Assembly (NCBI GenBank): GCA_009908855.1
Contig: JAAAOM010000003.1
Location: forward strand, 77,663-141,662
DNA length: 64,000 nucleotides
Origin: Bacteroidota bacterium
GTDB lineage: Bacteria; Bacteroidota; Bacteroidia; Bacteroidales; JAAAOM01
Direction of reading: 5' to 3'
Of the stretch, positions 1-9,945 are shown one piece after another. The notes under the pieces are model-generated. The model was not told the DNA's origin and searched no databases. It was given only the letters and a program-made list of their open reading frames with translations. Within the stretch, counting starts at the first letter, position 1; every line of letters begins with the position of its first letter. The translations under genes were made by a program, and so were the position numbers.

Positions 1-16
1 TATTAACTAAAACATT

Positions 17-1057
17 TTAGGCAACAGACGATGATTTTTGTGAAATTTCATTCCGCACCATATCATTCAGAGCGTCAATCCATATATCATCGTCGTTCAG
101 GCTTTCCACCATTTTTAATTCTTCGCCTCCATGTTCTTTAAATAACTGTTCGTATTCGTACTGTATTTCAACCGTTGTTTCTAAACAGTCAGCAACAAAG
201 GAAGGAGCCACAAACAATAACTTTTTAACACCTTCTTTTGCTTTTTCTATTACAATTTTATCAGAAAAAGGTTTAATCCACTTGTCGGATAATCGTGACT
301 GAAAACCAACGCTATATTGTTCAGGATTCAGGTTCAGTTTTTCTGCCAGCAATCGGGTAGTATGGTAGCAGGTTCCCCGATAACAAAAATGACCATGTGC
401 CGGTAATGATTTGTAGCATGTACAGGTTTGATTGTCGATATGGGGATGTACCCTGTCTAAATGGCGTAACGGCAATCCATGATAGGAGAATACAATATGG
501 TCGTAATTTTCAGGATGACAAGATTTTATTTTATTAACAAATGCATCCAGAAATTTAGGCGCTGCATAAAATTGATTAATGGTACGAATCGTTGGAATTA
601 CATTCCAATTCTTTATACGATTCATAACATCCTGTAAGGCTGTACCTGTGGTAGATGAAGCATATTGCGGAAAAAGCGGAATAATCACAATTTTTGAAAA
701 CCTGCCTTCTTTTATCTGAGCCAGCGCTTTACGGATGCCCGGATTTTGATAGCGCATGGCAATAAAAACCTTGTCACTATCGGGCAGTCGATCCTGTAAT
801 TTATTCCTGACCTGTTGGGCATAATACAGCAGCGGTGATCCGTTTGCGGTCCACAATCGTTTATACAAAACGGTTGATTTTGGCGCACGAAAAGGCACAA
901 TAATCAGGTTAACCAGAATTTTTTGAAACAGCCATGGCAAATCAATTACCCTTCGGTCATTTAAAAACTGAAACAAATATTTTCTTACATATTTTACGCT
1001 TGGTTTATCGGGTGTACCTACGTTTAACAGTAAAATGGCTGTTTTACCTTTTTTCAT
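17..1057 (-). CDS. hemH: ferrochelatase (protoporphyrin ferrochelatase)
   Basis: 346-aa ORF. N-terminus KTAILLLNVGTPDKPSVKYVRKYLFQFLNDRRVIDLPW and the internal FSYHGLP and ADCLET motifs are typical of ferrochelatase. It is the last gene of a co-directional hem cluster. Confidence 0.93.
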   Translation of the reverse strand: MKKGKTAILLLNVGTPDKPSVKYVRKYLFQFLNDRRVIDLPWLFQKILVNLIIVPFRAPKSTVLYKRLWTANGSPLLYYAQQVRNKLQDRLPDSDKVFIAMRYQNPGIRKALAQIKEGRFSKIVIIPLFPQYASSTTGTALQDVMNRIKNWNVIPTIRTINQFYAAPKFLDAFVNKIKSCHPENYDHIVFSYHGLPLRHLDRVHPHIDNQTCTCYKSLPAHGHFCYRGTCYHTTRLLAEKLNLNPEQYSVGFQSRLSDKWIKPFSDKIVIEKAKEGVKKLLFVAPSFVADCLETTVEIQYEYEQLFKEHGGEELKMVESLNDDDIWIDALNDMVRNEISQKSSSVA

Positions 1058-1124
1058 ATAGCGCTGTATTCTAAAGTTTTTGTTCCTTTGGTAAAATTGG
1101 TAAACTTATGAATTTCTGTAATGT

Positions 1125-2051
1125 TCAATTGTTAGCTTCAACATTTAACCAGTCAATGCCTTTTTTGAGAAATTGCAAAGTTTTTGATTCTTCCGATCCG
1201 TCAGCTACTTCAAAATGATATTCCCATGCGGCCTCAGCAGGCAGGCTGATAAGAATAGATTCGGTATTACCACCAGATTCCAGACCGAATTTCGTACCCC
1301 GGTCGTAAACCAAATTAAACTCAACATAACGTCCCCGTCGAATTTTCTGCCACATTTTTTCTTTCTCCCCATACGTACAATCTTTTTTATTATGCATGAT
1401 CTCCCTGTAAATATCAGGATAGAACCGGGCCAGTTGTTTGGTAAATGATAACAGGTCCTCAAAACCTATTTGATCGCCGGGTTTTAACCGATCGAAAAAA
1501 ATCCCGCCAACACCGCGTGTTTCATTGCGATGAGGAATGTAAAAATAATTATCGGCCCATACTTTATATTCAGGGTAAAAACCAGGATGATACGCATCGC
1601 AAACCTGCTTTAAATGCTGATGGAAACGTCGTGCTTCACCCAAATCGATATAGTGTGGTGTTAAATCAATTCCACCACCAAACCAGCTTATACCGTTGTC
1701 CAGAGCAAAATACCTTACATTCATGTGAATTATCGGTATCATCGGACTGATGGGATGAATTATTGAAGATATACCGGTTGCTGCATAATAATCCGCTGAT
1801 TCACCCAGTATTTCCTCCATCTTTTCACCGTAAGGTCCTTTGACATAAGAAAAATTCACACCTGCCTTTTCGATGATTGAACCTTCGCGCATGACACATG
1901 TAACGCCGCCGCCAATGTCTTTTTCCCAGGGATGTATTCCGAATGTACCCCGGCCATCAGCATGCTCCAGTACGCTGCAAATATGCGACTGTATTGACCT
2001 GTATTGATCAGCTATTTCATCGGCTTTAAGCAGTATATCAGCTTGTTGCAT
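1125..2051 (-). CDS. hemF: oxygen-dependent coproporphyrinogen III oxidase
   Basis: 308-aa ORF with HemF-type motifs (GGGVTCVMREG..EKAGVNFS, WFGGGIDLTPHY, RRGRYVEFNLVYDRGTKFGL). Confidence 0.93.
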   Translation of the reverse strand: MQQADILLKADEIADQYRSIQSHICSVLEHADGRGTFGIHPWEKDIGGGVTCVMREGSIIEKAGVNFSYVKGPYGEKMEEILGESADYYAATGISSIIHPISPMIPIIHMNVRYFALDNGISWFGGGIDLTPHYIDLGEARRFHQHLKQVCDAYHPGFYPEYKVWADNYFYIPHRNETRGVGGIFFDRLKPGDQIGFEDLLSFTKQLARFYPDIYREIMHNKKDCTYGEKEKMWQKIRRGRYVEFNLVYDRGTKFGLESGGNTESILISLPAEAAWEYHFEVADGSEESKTLQFLKKGIDWLNVEANN

Positions 2052-2073
2052 GTCAGATCAATTTTTCGTTTTT

Positions 2074-3453
2074 CTAATAATTCAGTTGTGTTCTCAAATA
2101 GTCGGCTAATCTCCTGGCCTGCTCTACCCGGTTGGCCATGCCTATGCCATTTTTTACATTGCCTGCGATAATCAGGCCCGGGTATTGGTTTTCGATGTTA
2201 TCTATTTGTTGCAAACGTTCTTTCATGGTTATGTCATATTGCGGTATGGCTTTCTGATAGCGGAATATCCTTATCAAATCAGGCCTGGCTACTGAGCCCA
2301 ACATGTTTTTAACTTCATTTAGCACTAATTTTTTTATTGTCTCATCCGGCATGTTAATTATTTCCGGTTGTCTCACACCTCCAGCAAAAACCGATAACAC
2401 ACATCCCTCCTCAGGTGCCCTGCCCTGAAAAAAAGACGATGTGAATAAAATCCCCAATATATCCCTTTTTTCCTTTGATGGAACCAATCCGCCAAATGCA
2501 TTCAGACTCATACCCTCCCATTTTTTATAGCCCAATACAACCTGAACCACACCGGCATAAGGAATATTTGTTACATTCTCAACCATATTCTTGTCCGGAA
2601 AGGGCATAAGTTTTTGAATATCAAAGGCACCAATTGTGGATATAACCCTTCTTGCCTGTATTGACAATTTTTTTCCGGATTTAGTATAATGCGCTTCAAA
2701 GCCATCATCCACCGGCTGTATAAAAGTATTCTCAGCGCTCACATGTATACTCTCCTGCGGGACAGAGGTTTGTAATGCATGAATCAAATTTTTCAAGCCG
2801 CCTTTTACAGCAAAAACTTCACGTGTTGCTTTCTTTTCCCAATCGCTTTTACCTGCTTTTTTCTTCCTGATACCGCCATTAATAAAACTGCCATATTGCT
2901 GCTCCAGGTTGTATAGCTTAGGCAATGCAAATTTTGTGATTAATTGATGGGGATCACCGGCATAAACACCTGAAATAAAAGGGTCAACCGCGTAATCCAA
3001 AAAACTTTTCCCCAGCCTTCTTATGACCAATTCAGCCAATGATTCATCCGGATTATTTCCTTTTGACCGAAAAGGCTCACCCAAAATCCTAAATTTATCC
3101 TTAATAGTAAATAATTTGGTATTAACTGCCTGAACCGGACCTGAAGGTAATGGATGCCATGTATTATTCTTCCGGATCCATCGGCTTTTGGCTTTGGGGT
3201 CCGCTATTTCCAATTGGCATTTATCTGATAAATCATCCATTAATTCAGCCATCTCCGGTGTAGCCAGAACGCCGGTGTTCGGGCCGGCTTCGAAAGTAAA
3301 TCCATCCTCATTGTATGTTTGCATCACCCCGCCCATTCGCTCGCTTTTTTCAAGCAGTTTAAACGGAATGTTGTATTTATGCAGGTAAAAAGCCAGGGTG
3401 AGACCGGTTAAACCACCTCCAATAATTAAAATATCGGTTTGTTCATCAGTCAT
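2074..3453 (-). CDS. hemY: FAD-dependent protoporphyrinogen oxidase (HemY/PgoX type)
   Basis: 459-aa ORF with an N-terminal dinucleotide-binding motif (DILIIGGGLTGLTLAFYL) and amine-oxidase-like length. It sits between hemN and hemF. The presence of HemF and HemN argues for the protoporphyrin-dependent branch rather than CgoX. Confidence 0.85.
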   Translation of the reverse strand: MTDEQTDILIIGGGLTGLTLAFYLHKYNIPFKLLEKSERMGGVMQTYNEDGFTFEAGPNTGVLATPEMAELMDDLSDKCQLEIADPKAKSRWIRKNNTWHPLPSGPVQAVNTKLFTIKDKFRILGEPFRSKGNNPDESLAELVIRRLGKSFLDYAVDPFISGVYAGDPHQLITKFALPKLYNLEQQYGSFINGGIRKKKAGKSDWEKKATREVFAVKGGLKNLIHALQTSVPQESIHVSAENTFIQPVDDGFEAHYTKSGKKLSIQARRVISTIGAFDIQKLMPFPDKNMVENVTNIPYAGVVQVVLGYKKWEGMSLNAFGGLVPSKEKRDILGILFTSSFFQGRAPEEGCVLSVFAGGVRQPEIINMPDETIKKLVLNEVKNMLGSVARPDLIRIFRYQKAIPQYDITMKERLQQIDNIENQYPGLIIAGNVKNGIGMANRVEQARRLADYLRTQLNY

Positions 3454-3456
3454 AAT

Positions 3457-4830
3457 TCAGACAACTTTTGAGAATTGCTTATCCCGTTTTTGCATGAGTG
3501 GATCAAGCGATGCTGCCACATTACGAATAAAAGGGCTACCCGGTGTGGTAACTGAAAAACCGTCTTGCGTAAAGATAATGAGCCCGTCCTTTTCCATATT
3601 TTTGAGTGATTCTTCATCATAATGTAAGGTGTTCTTTATGCCCTCCGTATCCATGTTGAATTTATCCGAAAGTTCAGTCCAACACAGCCGCTCATTGCAC
3701 ATTATCTGCTCAATTACCTCACGAATAAGCATTTCATCCTTGTTTAACCGATATCCCTTAATAATAGGGAATTGTCCATTGTTTATGGATGCAATATATT
3801 CATCCACCGACTTTGTGTTTTGGGCATAGGCAAATTGCAACTGATGAATTGCCGACACCCCGAATGCATATACCTGCCCCGTTGTACGCGTCGTGCAATA
3901 ACCCATGAAATTCCTTTTTAACTGTTGGGATTCCCGGGCTGAATACAATTCATCACTGTCCAGCACAAAATGGTCGAGTCCAATGCTTTTGTAACCATTT
4001 TCCAAAAGAAAATGACGGGCATTGTCAAACATTTCCTGTTTCATATCCTGCGATGGCAAGCCTTTTTTCTCGAGTTGTTTTTGTCGTTTGTTAAACCAGG
4101 GTACATGTGCATACGAAAATGTAACCAGTCGCTCGGGTTTTATCGCCAATGCCTGTTTCATACAATCGCGAAAACTATCAGACGTTTGGCCCGGCAAACC
4201 ATAAATAAAATCAAGATTCACCGCTATTTCATCGTTGTCCTGCCTGATATAAGCTACCAATTCGTTAACCGGTACTTGTGAAGGTGCCCGGTTGACATTT
4301 TTCAACACCTCATGGCTGAAATCCTGAATACCCAAACTAAATCGATTAAAACCAATTTTTTTCAACTGATCAATATACGGCTTATCAAGGTATGCCGGAT
4401 TACATTCAATGGCAATTTCGGGTCGCGGTATAAATTGCATTTCGGATTTTAACACATTAACTATTTCAGAAAGATAATCAGCCGAAACGGTATTGGGTGT
4501 TCCACCACCAAAATGAATTTGCGATATGCGCCGGTTGGGATCAATCCTGCCTTTTAGCAATCTGATCTCTTTTAACAGGGCGTCATGGTATTTTTTTACA
4601 ATATCACCTTTGGGAAAGGGACAAGAATTACAACCGCAATAAAAACACATTTTTTGACAAAAAGGAATGTGTACATAAAACGATATATTTTTCGGCTCCC
4701 AATAATTTGATTCCTCCACAGCATGCAGGAAATCATTTTCGCTGTACTGTTCTGAAAAATAATTTGCCGGGGGATAACTTGTATAGCGTGGAACAGGAAT
4801 ATTGTATTTTGATAATTTATCTTCGCCCAT
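3457..4830 (-). CDS. hemN: oxygen-independent coproporphyrinogen III oxidase (radical SAM)
   Basis: 457-aa ORF with the radical-SAM cluster motif YVHIPFCQKMCFYCGCN and HemN-like length. It ends 3 nt before the hemY start. Confidence 0.9.
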   Translation of the reverse strand: MGEDKLSKYNIPVPRYTSYPPANYFSEQYSENDFLHAVEESNYWEPKNISFYVHIPFCQKMCFYCGCNSCPFPKGDIVKKYHDALLKEIRLLKGRIDPNRRISQIHFGGGTPNTVSADYLSEIVNVLKSEMQFIPRPEIAIECNPAYLDKPYIDQLKKIGFNRFSLGIQDFSHEVLKNVNRAPSQVPVNELVAYIRQDNDEIAVNLDFIYGLPGQTSDSFRDCMKQALAIKPERLVTFSYAHVPWFNKRQKQLEKKGLPSQDMKQEMFDNARHFLLENGYKSIGLDHFVLDSDELYSARESQQLKRNFMGYCTTRTTGQVYAFGVSAIHQLQFAYAQNTKSVDEYIASINNGQFPIIKGYRLNKDEMLIREVIEQIMCNERLCWTELSDKFNMDTEGIKNTLHYDEESLKNMEKDGLIIFTQDGFSVTTPGSPFIRNVAASLDPLMQKRDKQFSKVV

Positions 4831-4870
4831 AATTAATTATATCTCCATCTCATATAAAATTCAACAATGC

Positions 4871-5905
4871 CTATCCTCTCTGCCAATCGGCATGTTGCAT
4901 ATAATCAACAACAAATTTGACATTCTCAACAGGAATACCAGGCATGAAACCATGTCCTACATTAAAAATCCAATCCTGATGTTGGCGGCCAAACGCAACA
5001 TACCGTTGCAATTCAACTTCTATCTCCTCCTGCGAACAAAACAACAATCGCGGGTCCAAATTACCCTGTAATCCGATTTGATTATGCACGGCTTTACGGG
5101 CCATTTCAATAGGTGTATGCCAGTCCACACTCAAAAAGTCGCATGTGTCTGGTGTAATATCGCCAATTCCCACACTAAGGCCTTTTGGGAAATAAATGAA
5201 CGGAATATTTTTCTGTCTTATTGCCCGTGCAATAATCTTAACAGCCGGCATAAAAAGCTCGTTATACAAATCAAGGGGAACCAATCCGGCATGACTTTCA
5301 AATAACTGAAATACTTCAACCCCATGTTTTATCTGACCGTGTGCATATTCAATAGAAAGTTCGGTAATATGATCAACCAGTTTTTGTACGGTTCGTTTAT
5401 GCTGATAAATATATTTGATCGCTTCGGGAAATTCTTTTTTTTGACTTGATCCCTGTAACATGTATAACAGAACCGTTAATGGTGCACCGCAGAAGCCAAT
5501 AAGCGGGATGTTTTTCGGACGTGTATCAATAATCACATCAATGGCATTGTAGATATATTCAAGCTTCGAAGGATCGGGATTTAGTTCGGCTACCGGATCA
5601 CTGCTGTTGATCAGGTATTTTTCAAACACCGGCCCCTTATCCGTAAAATCGAGTCCCATACCACTGGCATACGGTATTACCAGAATATCCGAAAATAAAA
5701 TAGCAGCATCCACATTCAGGTCATGAATCGGCAATAGGGTAACCTTTGCGGCTATTTCGGGTTGCTGCATCATCTGCCAGAATGAATATTTTTTTTTGAT
5801 GGCCATATAGGATGGTAAAACCCTGCCTGCCTGCCGCATAAACCAAATAGGTGGTCGAGGGGTGGATTTACCGTGTAATGTACGTAGTAATAATGAATTC
5901 TGCAT
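4871..5905 (-). CDS. hemE: uroporphyrinogen decarboxylase
   Basis: 344-aa ORF. N-terminus RPPIWFMRQAGRVLPSY is the classic URO-D signature. Confidence 0.93.
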   Translation of the reverse strand: MQNSLLLRTLHGKSTPRPPIWFMRQAGRVLPSYMAIKKKYSFWQMMQQPEIAAKVTLLPIHDLNVDAAILFSDILVIPYASGMGLDFTDKGPVFEKYLINSSDPVAELNPDPSKLEYIYNAIDVIIDTRPKNIPLIGFCGAPLTVLLYMLQGSSQKKEFPEAIKYIYQHKRTVQKLVDHITELSIEYAHGQIKHGVEVFQLFESHAGLVPLDLYNELFMPAVKIIARAIRQKNIPFIYFPKGLSVGIGDITPDTCDFLSVDWHTPIEMARKAVHNQIGLQGNLDPRLLFCSQEEIEVELQRYVAFGRQHQDWIFNVGHGFMPGIPVENVKFVVDYMQHADWQRG

Positions 5906-5915
5906 GTGTGCCTGG

Positions 5916-7208
5916 TTAAAGAAGCTTTTTCAGGGCTTCGTAATTTTTTTCAATGGTATACTGAATATCTTTTTCGGTATGTGCCGATGAAACAAAGCCT
6001 GCTTCAAACTGAGACGGGGCTATATATATGCCGTCCTGTAATGTTTCGTTGAAATACCGCGCAAATTTATTTGTATCACTGGTTAATACATCGTTAAATG
6101 ACTTTACCGCTGCCTGATCGGTAAAGAACAGGGTAAACATAGACCCTATCCGATTAAATACTGCGGGAAAATTCAGTTTTTTCAGATTATAATTAATGCC
6201 CTCTTCCAGCCGTTGAGATATCTTTTCAAGCTCTATGTAAATATCGGGTTGGTTATTGAGAATTGACAATGTGGTATATCCGGCAATCATGGCTAATGGA
6301 TTGCCTGATAATGTACCAGCCTGATAAACCGGGCCGGTAGGCGATAGCATTTCCATAATTTCCTTTTTACCACCGAAAGCACCTACCGGTAATCCGCCAC
6401 CAATAATTTTTCCCAGGGTGGTCAGATCAGGATCAATGCCCAGTACTTCCTGTGCCCCGCCACGGGCCAAACGGAAACCGGTCATTACCTCATCAAAAAT
6501 AAGCACGCTGTTATATTGGTTACATAGCATACGCAACCCTTTTAAAAATCCTTCATCGGGTACTACAACGCCCATGTTGCCTGTTACCGGTTCCAGAATA
6601 ACCGCTGCTATGTCGTTACCATATTGATTGAACAATTGCTCCACTGAATTCAAATCGTTGAAAGAAGCGGTTAGTGTGTTTTTGGCTGTTTCTGGTGTTA
6701 CTCCTGGTGAATTGGGTGTTCCGAATGTCAACGCACCCGATCCGGCTTTGATTAAAAAACTGTCTCCATGACCATGATAACAACCCTCGAATTTAACAAC
6801 CAGGTTTCGTCCGGTATACCCGCGAGCCAACCTGAGCGCACTCATAGTGGCCTCTGTACCGGAATTCACCATTCTCACACTTTCTATGGAACTTACCATT
6901 TCTATAATTAGATGGGCCATACGTGTTTCCAACAAGGTAGGAGCGCCAAAGCTCGTTCCGGAAACGGCCATTTTTTGGACAGCCTGAATAACTTCGGGCC
7001 TGGCATGCCCCAGAATCATAGGGCCCCATGATGCTACGTAATCAATAAAATCATTGCCATCAATATCGTATACTTTTGATCCCAATGCTTTTTCAATAAA
7101 AACAGGGTCGTTATCAACACTTTTAAATGCCCTTACCGGTGAATTAACACCGCCGGGTATACATTCCAATGCTTCCTGATATGCTGCTGTACTCTTGTTG
7201 AAATTCAA
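5916..7208 (-). CDS. hemL: glutamate-1-semialdehyde 2,1-aminomutase
   Basis: 430-aa ORF of class-III aminotransferase type ([39 protein letters not shown]). Confidence 0.93.
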   Translation of the reverse strand: MNFNKSTAAYQEALECIPGGVNSPVRAFKSVDNDPVFIEKALGSKVYDIDGNDFIDYVASWGPMILGHARPEVIQAVQKMAVSGTSFGAPTLLETRMAHLIIEMVSSIESVRMVNSGTEATMSALRLARGYTGRNLVVKFEGCYHGHGDSFLIKAGSGALTFGTPNSPGVTPETAKNTLTASFNDLNSVEQLFNQYGNDIAAVILEPVTGNMGVVVPDEGFLKGLRMLCNQYNSVLIFDEVMTGFRLARGGAQEVLGIDPDLTTLGKIIGGGLPVGAFGGKKEIMEMLSPTGPVYQAGTLSGNPLAMIAGYTTLSILNNQPDIYIELEKISQRLEEGINYNLKKLNFPAVFNRIGSMFTLFFTDQAAVKSFNDVLTSDTNKFARYFNETLQDGIYIAPSQFEAGFVSSAHTEKDIQYTIEKNYEALKKLL

Positions 7209-7228
7209 AATCCGTCTTTTTTTAGGGT

Positions 7229-8197
7229 TTATAGATCCTTTATTATTTCTTGTGTATGATAGGATATGATAATGTCTGCTCCTGCCCTTTTCATGGAAGT
7301 CAGTAGTTCCGACACCAGACGTTTTTCATCAATCCAACCTTTTTGCGCCGCTGCTTTAACCATCGAAAATTCACCACTTACATTATAGGCAGCAACAGGC
7401 ACATTAATATTTTGTTTTACACGGGTGATAATGTCCAGATAACTCAATGCCGGCTTTACCATCACAATATCGGCTCCTTCAGTAATGTCCATTTCAATTT
7501 CGCGCATGGCCTCACGGCTATTGGCGGGGTCCATCTGATAGGTAGCCCGATTTCCGAATTGTGGTGCGCTTTCGGCTGCCTCACGAAAGGGGCCGTAGAA
7601 AGCCGATGAATATTTGGCTGCATAAGACATAATGGGAATGCCATGATAACCCTCCCGGTCCAATGATTGACGAATATGCTTTACACGCCCATCCATCATA
7701 TCGCTGGGCGCCACCATATCAACCCCTGCCCGTGCCAGTGATAATGACTGCTTCGACAATGTATTGAGGGTGACATCATTATCAACATCACCATCTATTA
7801 TGGTTCCGCAGTGGCCATGCGTGGTATACTCGCAATTGCAAACATCAGCAATAAGGTATAGATTTGGGATTTCTTTTTTCAGGGCACGAATGGCCTGCTG
7901 AACAATCCCGTCTTCCTGACAGGCTATTTCACCCGTTTCGTCTTTTTCTTCCGGAATACCAAATAATAAAACTGCCTGAACACCCATTTTTTCCAATTCA
8001 CTGCATTTTTCAACCAGTAAATCGACCGATAACTGGTAGTTACCCGGCATAGATGAGATAGCCTTTTTTACATTTGATCCGCTACGCACAAATAGTGGCA
8101 TAACCAGATCGTCACCAGATAATCTGTTTTCTCTTACCAGGTTTCGAATGGTTTCTGTTTTACGCAATCGACGTAATCGGGTAACCGGATATGTCAT
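7229..8197 (-). CDS. hemB: porphobilinogen synthase (ALA dehydratase)
   Basis: 322-aa ORF with [17 protein letters not shown] at the N-terminus, the [13 protein letters not shown] active-site lysine region and a Cys-rich metal site ([12 protein letters not shown]). Confidence 0.93.
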   Translation of the reverse strand: MTYPVTRLRRLRKTETIRNLVRENRLSGDDLVMPLFVRSGSNVKKAISSMPGNYQLSVDLLVEKCSELEKMGVQAVLLFGIPEEKDETGEIACQEDGIVQQAIRALKKEIPNLYLIADVCNCEYTTHGHCGTIIDGDVDNDVTLNTLSKQSLSLARAGVDMVAPSDMMDGRVKHIRQSLDREGYHGIPIMSYAAKYSSAFYGPFREAAESAPQFGNRATYQMDPANSREAMREIEMDITEGADIVMVKPALSYLDIITRVKQNINVPVAAYNVSGEFSMVKAAAQKGWIDEKRLVSELLTSMKRAGADIIISYHTQEIIKDL

Positions 8198-8232
8198 TTA
8201 ACTAATATGTTTTAGTTAATATTCAACTTCGT

Positions 8233-9003
8233 TTATTTAATATAGTATTCACAAATGCTATCGGCAATCCCTTTGGCATCAGACATACGTGCTGTAACAA
8301 CCGGAATCACACCCTGTTGTTCAATGGCAGTTGTGGTTGTATGCCCGATGCTGGCTATCCGTAATTTATTGGTAACCGACTCATCATCAATCAGGTTTTT
8401 TAAATTATCAAATCCCGAAGGACTTGTAAATATAATAAGGTCGTATTGATCATTCATCACCTGATCTAAAATTGTTTGATCTACCGCTTCGGGTTTTACT
8501 GTGTTGTACACATATACAACTTCAATATCAGCCTTGTGTTTAAGGTTATCCTTTAAAACAGATCGTGAAAGGTTACCGGTTGGCCATAATACCCGGGGAT
8601 TGGCATTTCCGAATTCCTTTTCAAGAGCATTCGCAAAATCGTTACTGGTATTCCCGGAATTTATGAAATCGGCTTTTAAATTGTATGCTTCAAGTTGTTT
8701 GGCAGTATGCTTACCTATGGTGGCCAATTTAAGGCTACGCGGCAGCTGCACCTGCCCGAATTCCTCTTTCAACAGATGAAAAAAATACCGGATACCATTC
8801 GGACTGGTGAAAATAATCCATTGATAATGTGAAAGGGGAAATATTTTGTTTTTGACTGAATGATCAATCTTTCGTTGTTGAATTTCAATCATGGGCATTT
8901 CCAACACTCGCCCCCCCATCTCATTAATATAGCCGGCCAATTCATCCGTTCTTCCGGGTGGCCTGGTTGAAATAAATATTTTATTTTCCAGCACTTTGTT
9001 CAT
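8233..9003 (-). CDS. hemD: uroporphyrinogen-III synthase
   Basis: 256-aa ORF with HEM4-like two-lobe organisation (IFTSPNG.. repeated as IIFTSPSG). Its ATG overlaps the hemC stop as TAATG at 9001..9005. Confidence 0.8.
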   Translation of the reverse strand: MNKVLENKIFISTRPPGRTDELAGYINEMGGRVLEMPMIEIQQRKIDHSVKNKIFPLSHYQWIIFTSPNGIRYFFHLLKEEFGQVQLPRSLKLATIGKHTAKQLEAYNLKADFINSGNTSNDFANALEKEFGNANPRVLWPTGNLSRSVLKDNLKHKADIEVVYVYNTVKPEAVDQTILDQVMNDQYDLIIFTSPSGFDNLKNLIDDESVTNKLRIASIGHTTTTAIEQQGVIPVVTARMSDAKGIADSICEYYIK

Positions 9004-9929
9004 TATGTCCTTATTTCATCTAAAATTTCTGCTCCTCCACGCGCCAACAATGACTCGGCCAAGGCAATTGCCAGGTCATTGGCTTTGGTGCGTTCGCCGC
9101 TAAATGTATCCTGAATATATTGATGGCCTTCCAGTGAGGCCACAAAACCATGAATAGTAAATTGTTCGTTCTGTAATTCGGTGTAACAACCAACGGGCAC
9201 CTGGCACCCGCCCATTAATGTTCGCATAAAACTACGCTCGGCACAAGCAGCAATCCATGTATCTTCGTGATGGAGCGCATTTAGAATTTCTTTGGTTTCC
9301 GCATCACCGGCATTTATTTCGATGGCTATTATCCCCTGACTCACAGCAGGCATGAATATCGACGGTTCAAGGATTTCAGTAATATAATTATCCAGGCCAA
9401 GCCTTTTGATCCCGGCTGCAGCCATTATCATGGCGTCACAATGGCCCTCCTCCATTTTTCGCAGTCGTGTATTAACATTTCCCCGTATGTCAACTATGTT
9501 AAATCGCCTGTTAATATTCAGTAATCCTGCTTTTCGCCTCAGGCTGGAAGTGGCGATGGTATGCTCCGGTGTCAGTTCATTGAGTTTAATATGATTCCGA
9601 CTAATAAGCGCATCCCTGCAATCCGCCCGGTCGAGTACGGCACCAATTTCAAAACCCGGTTCCAGCTCGGTTTGTAAATCCTTTAAACTATGCACAACCA
9701 TATCCACTTCGCCATTGGTAAGTGCAACCTCCAGTTCTTTTGTAAAAAGGCCTTTGTCACCAATTTTTGACAGGGCAACATCGACAATTTTATCGCCTTT
9801 GGTTTTAATCACTTTGGTCTCTATGAGGGTATCGTGAAATGCGTTTTCAAGGTGTTTTTTTACTTCGTTCGCCTGGAACAATGCCAGTTGACTTCCACGA
9901 GTACCGATTCTGATGTTTTTTTTGCTCAT
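9003..9929 (-). CDS. hemC: hydroxymethylbilane synthase (porphobilinogen deaminase)
   Basis: The ORF track gives 9003..9977, but the conserved N-terminus starts at MSKKNIRIGTRGSQLALFQA (ATG at 9929). That start also avoids overlap with hemA, which ends at 9946. Confidence 0.9.
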   Translation of the reverse strand: MSKKNIRIGTRGSQLALFQANEVKKHLENAFHDTLIETKVIKTKGDKIVDVALSKIGDKGLFTKELEVALTNGEVDMVVHSLKDLQTELEPGFEIGAVLDRADCRDALISRNHIKLNELTPEHTIATSSLRRKAGLLNINRRFNIVDIRGNVNTRLRKMEEGHCDAMIMAAAGIKRLGLDNYITEILEPSIFMPAVSQGIIAIEINAGDAETKEILNALHHEDTWIAACAERSFMRTLMGGCQVPVGCYTELQNEQFTIHGFVASLEGHQYIQDTFSGERTKANDLAIALAESLLARGGAEILDEIRT

Positions 9930-9945
9930 GTTGTTATCCCTGTTT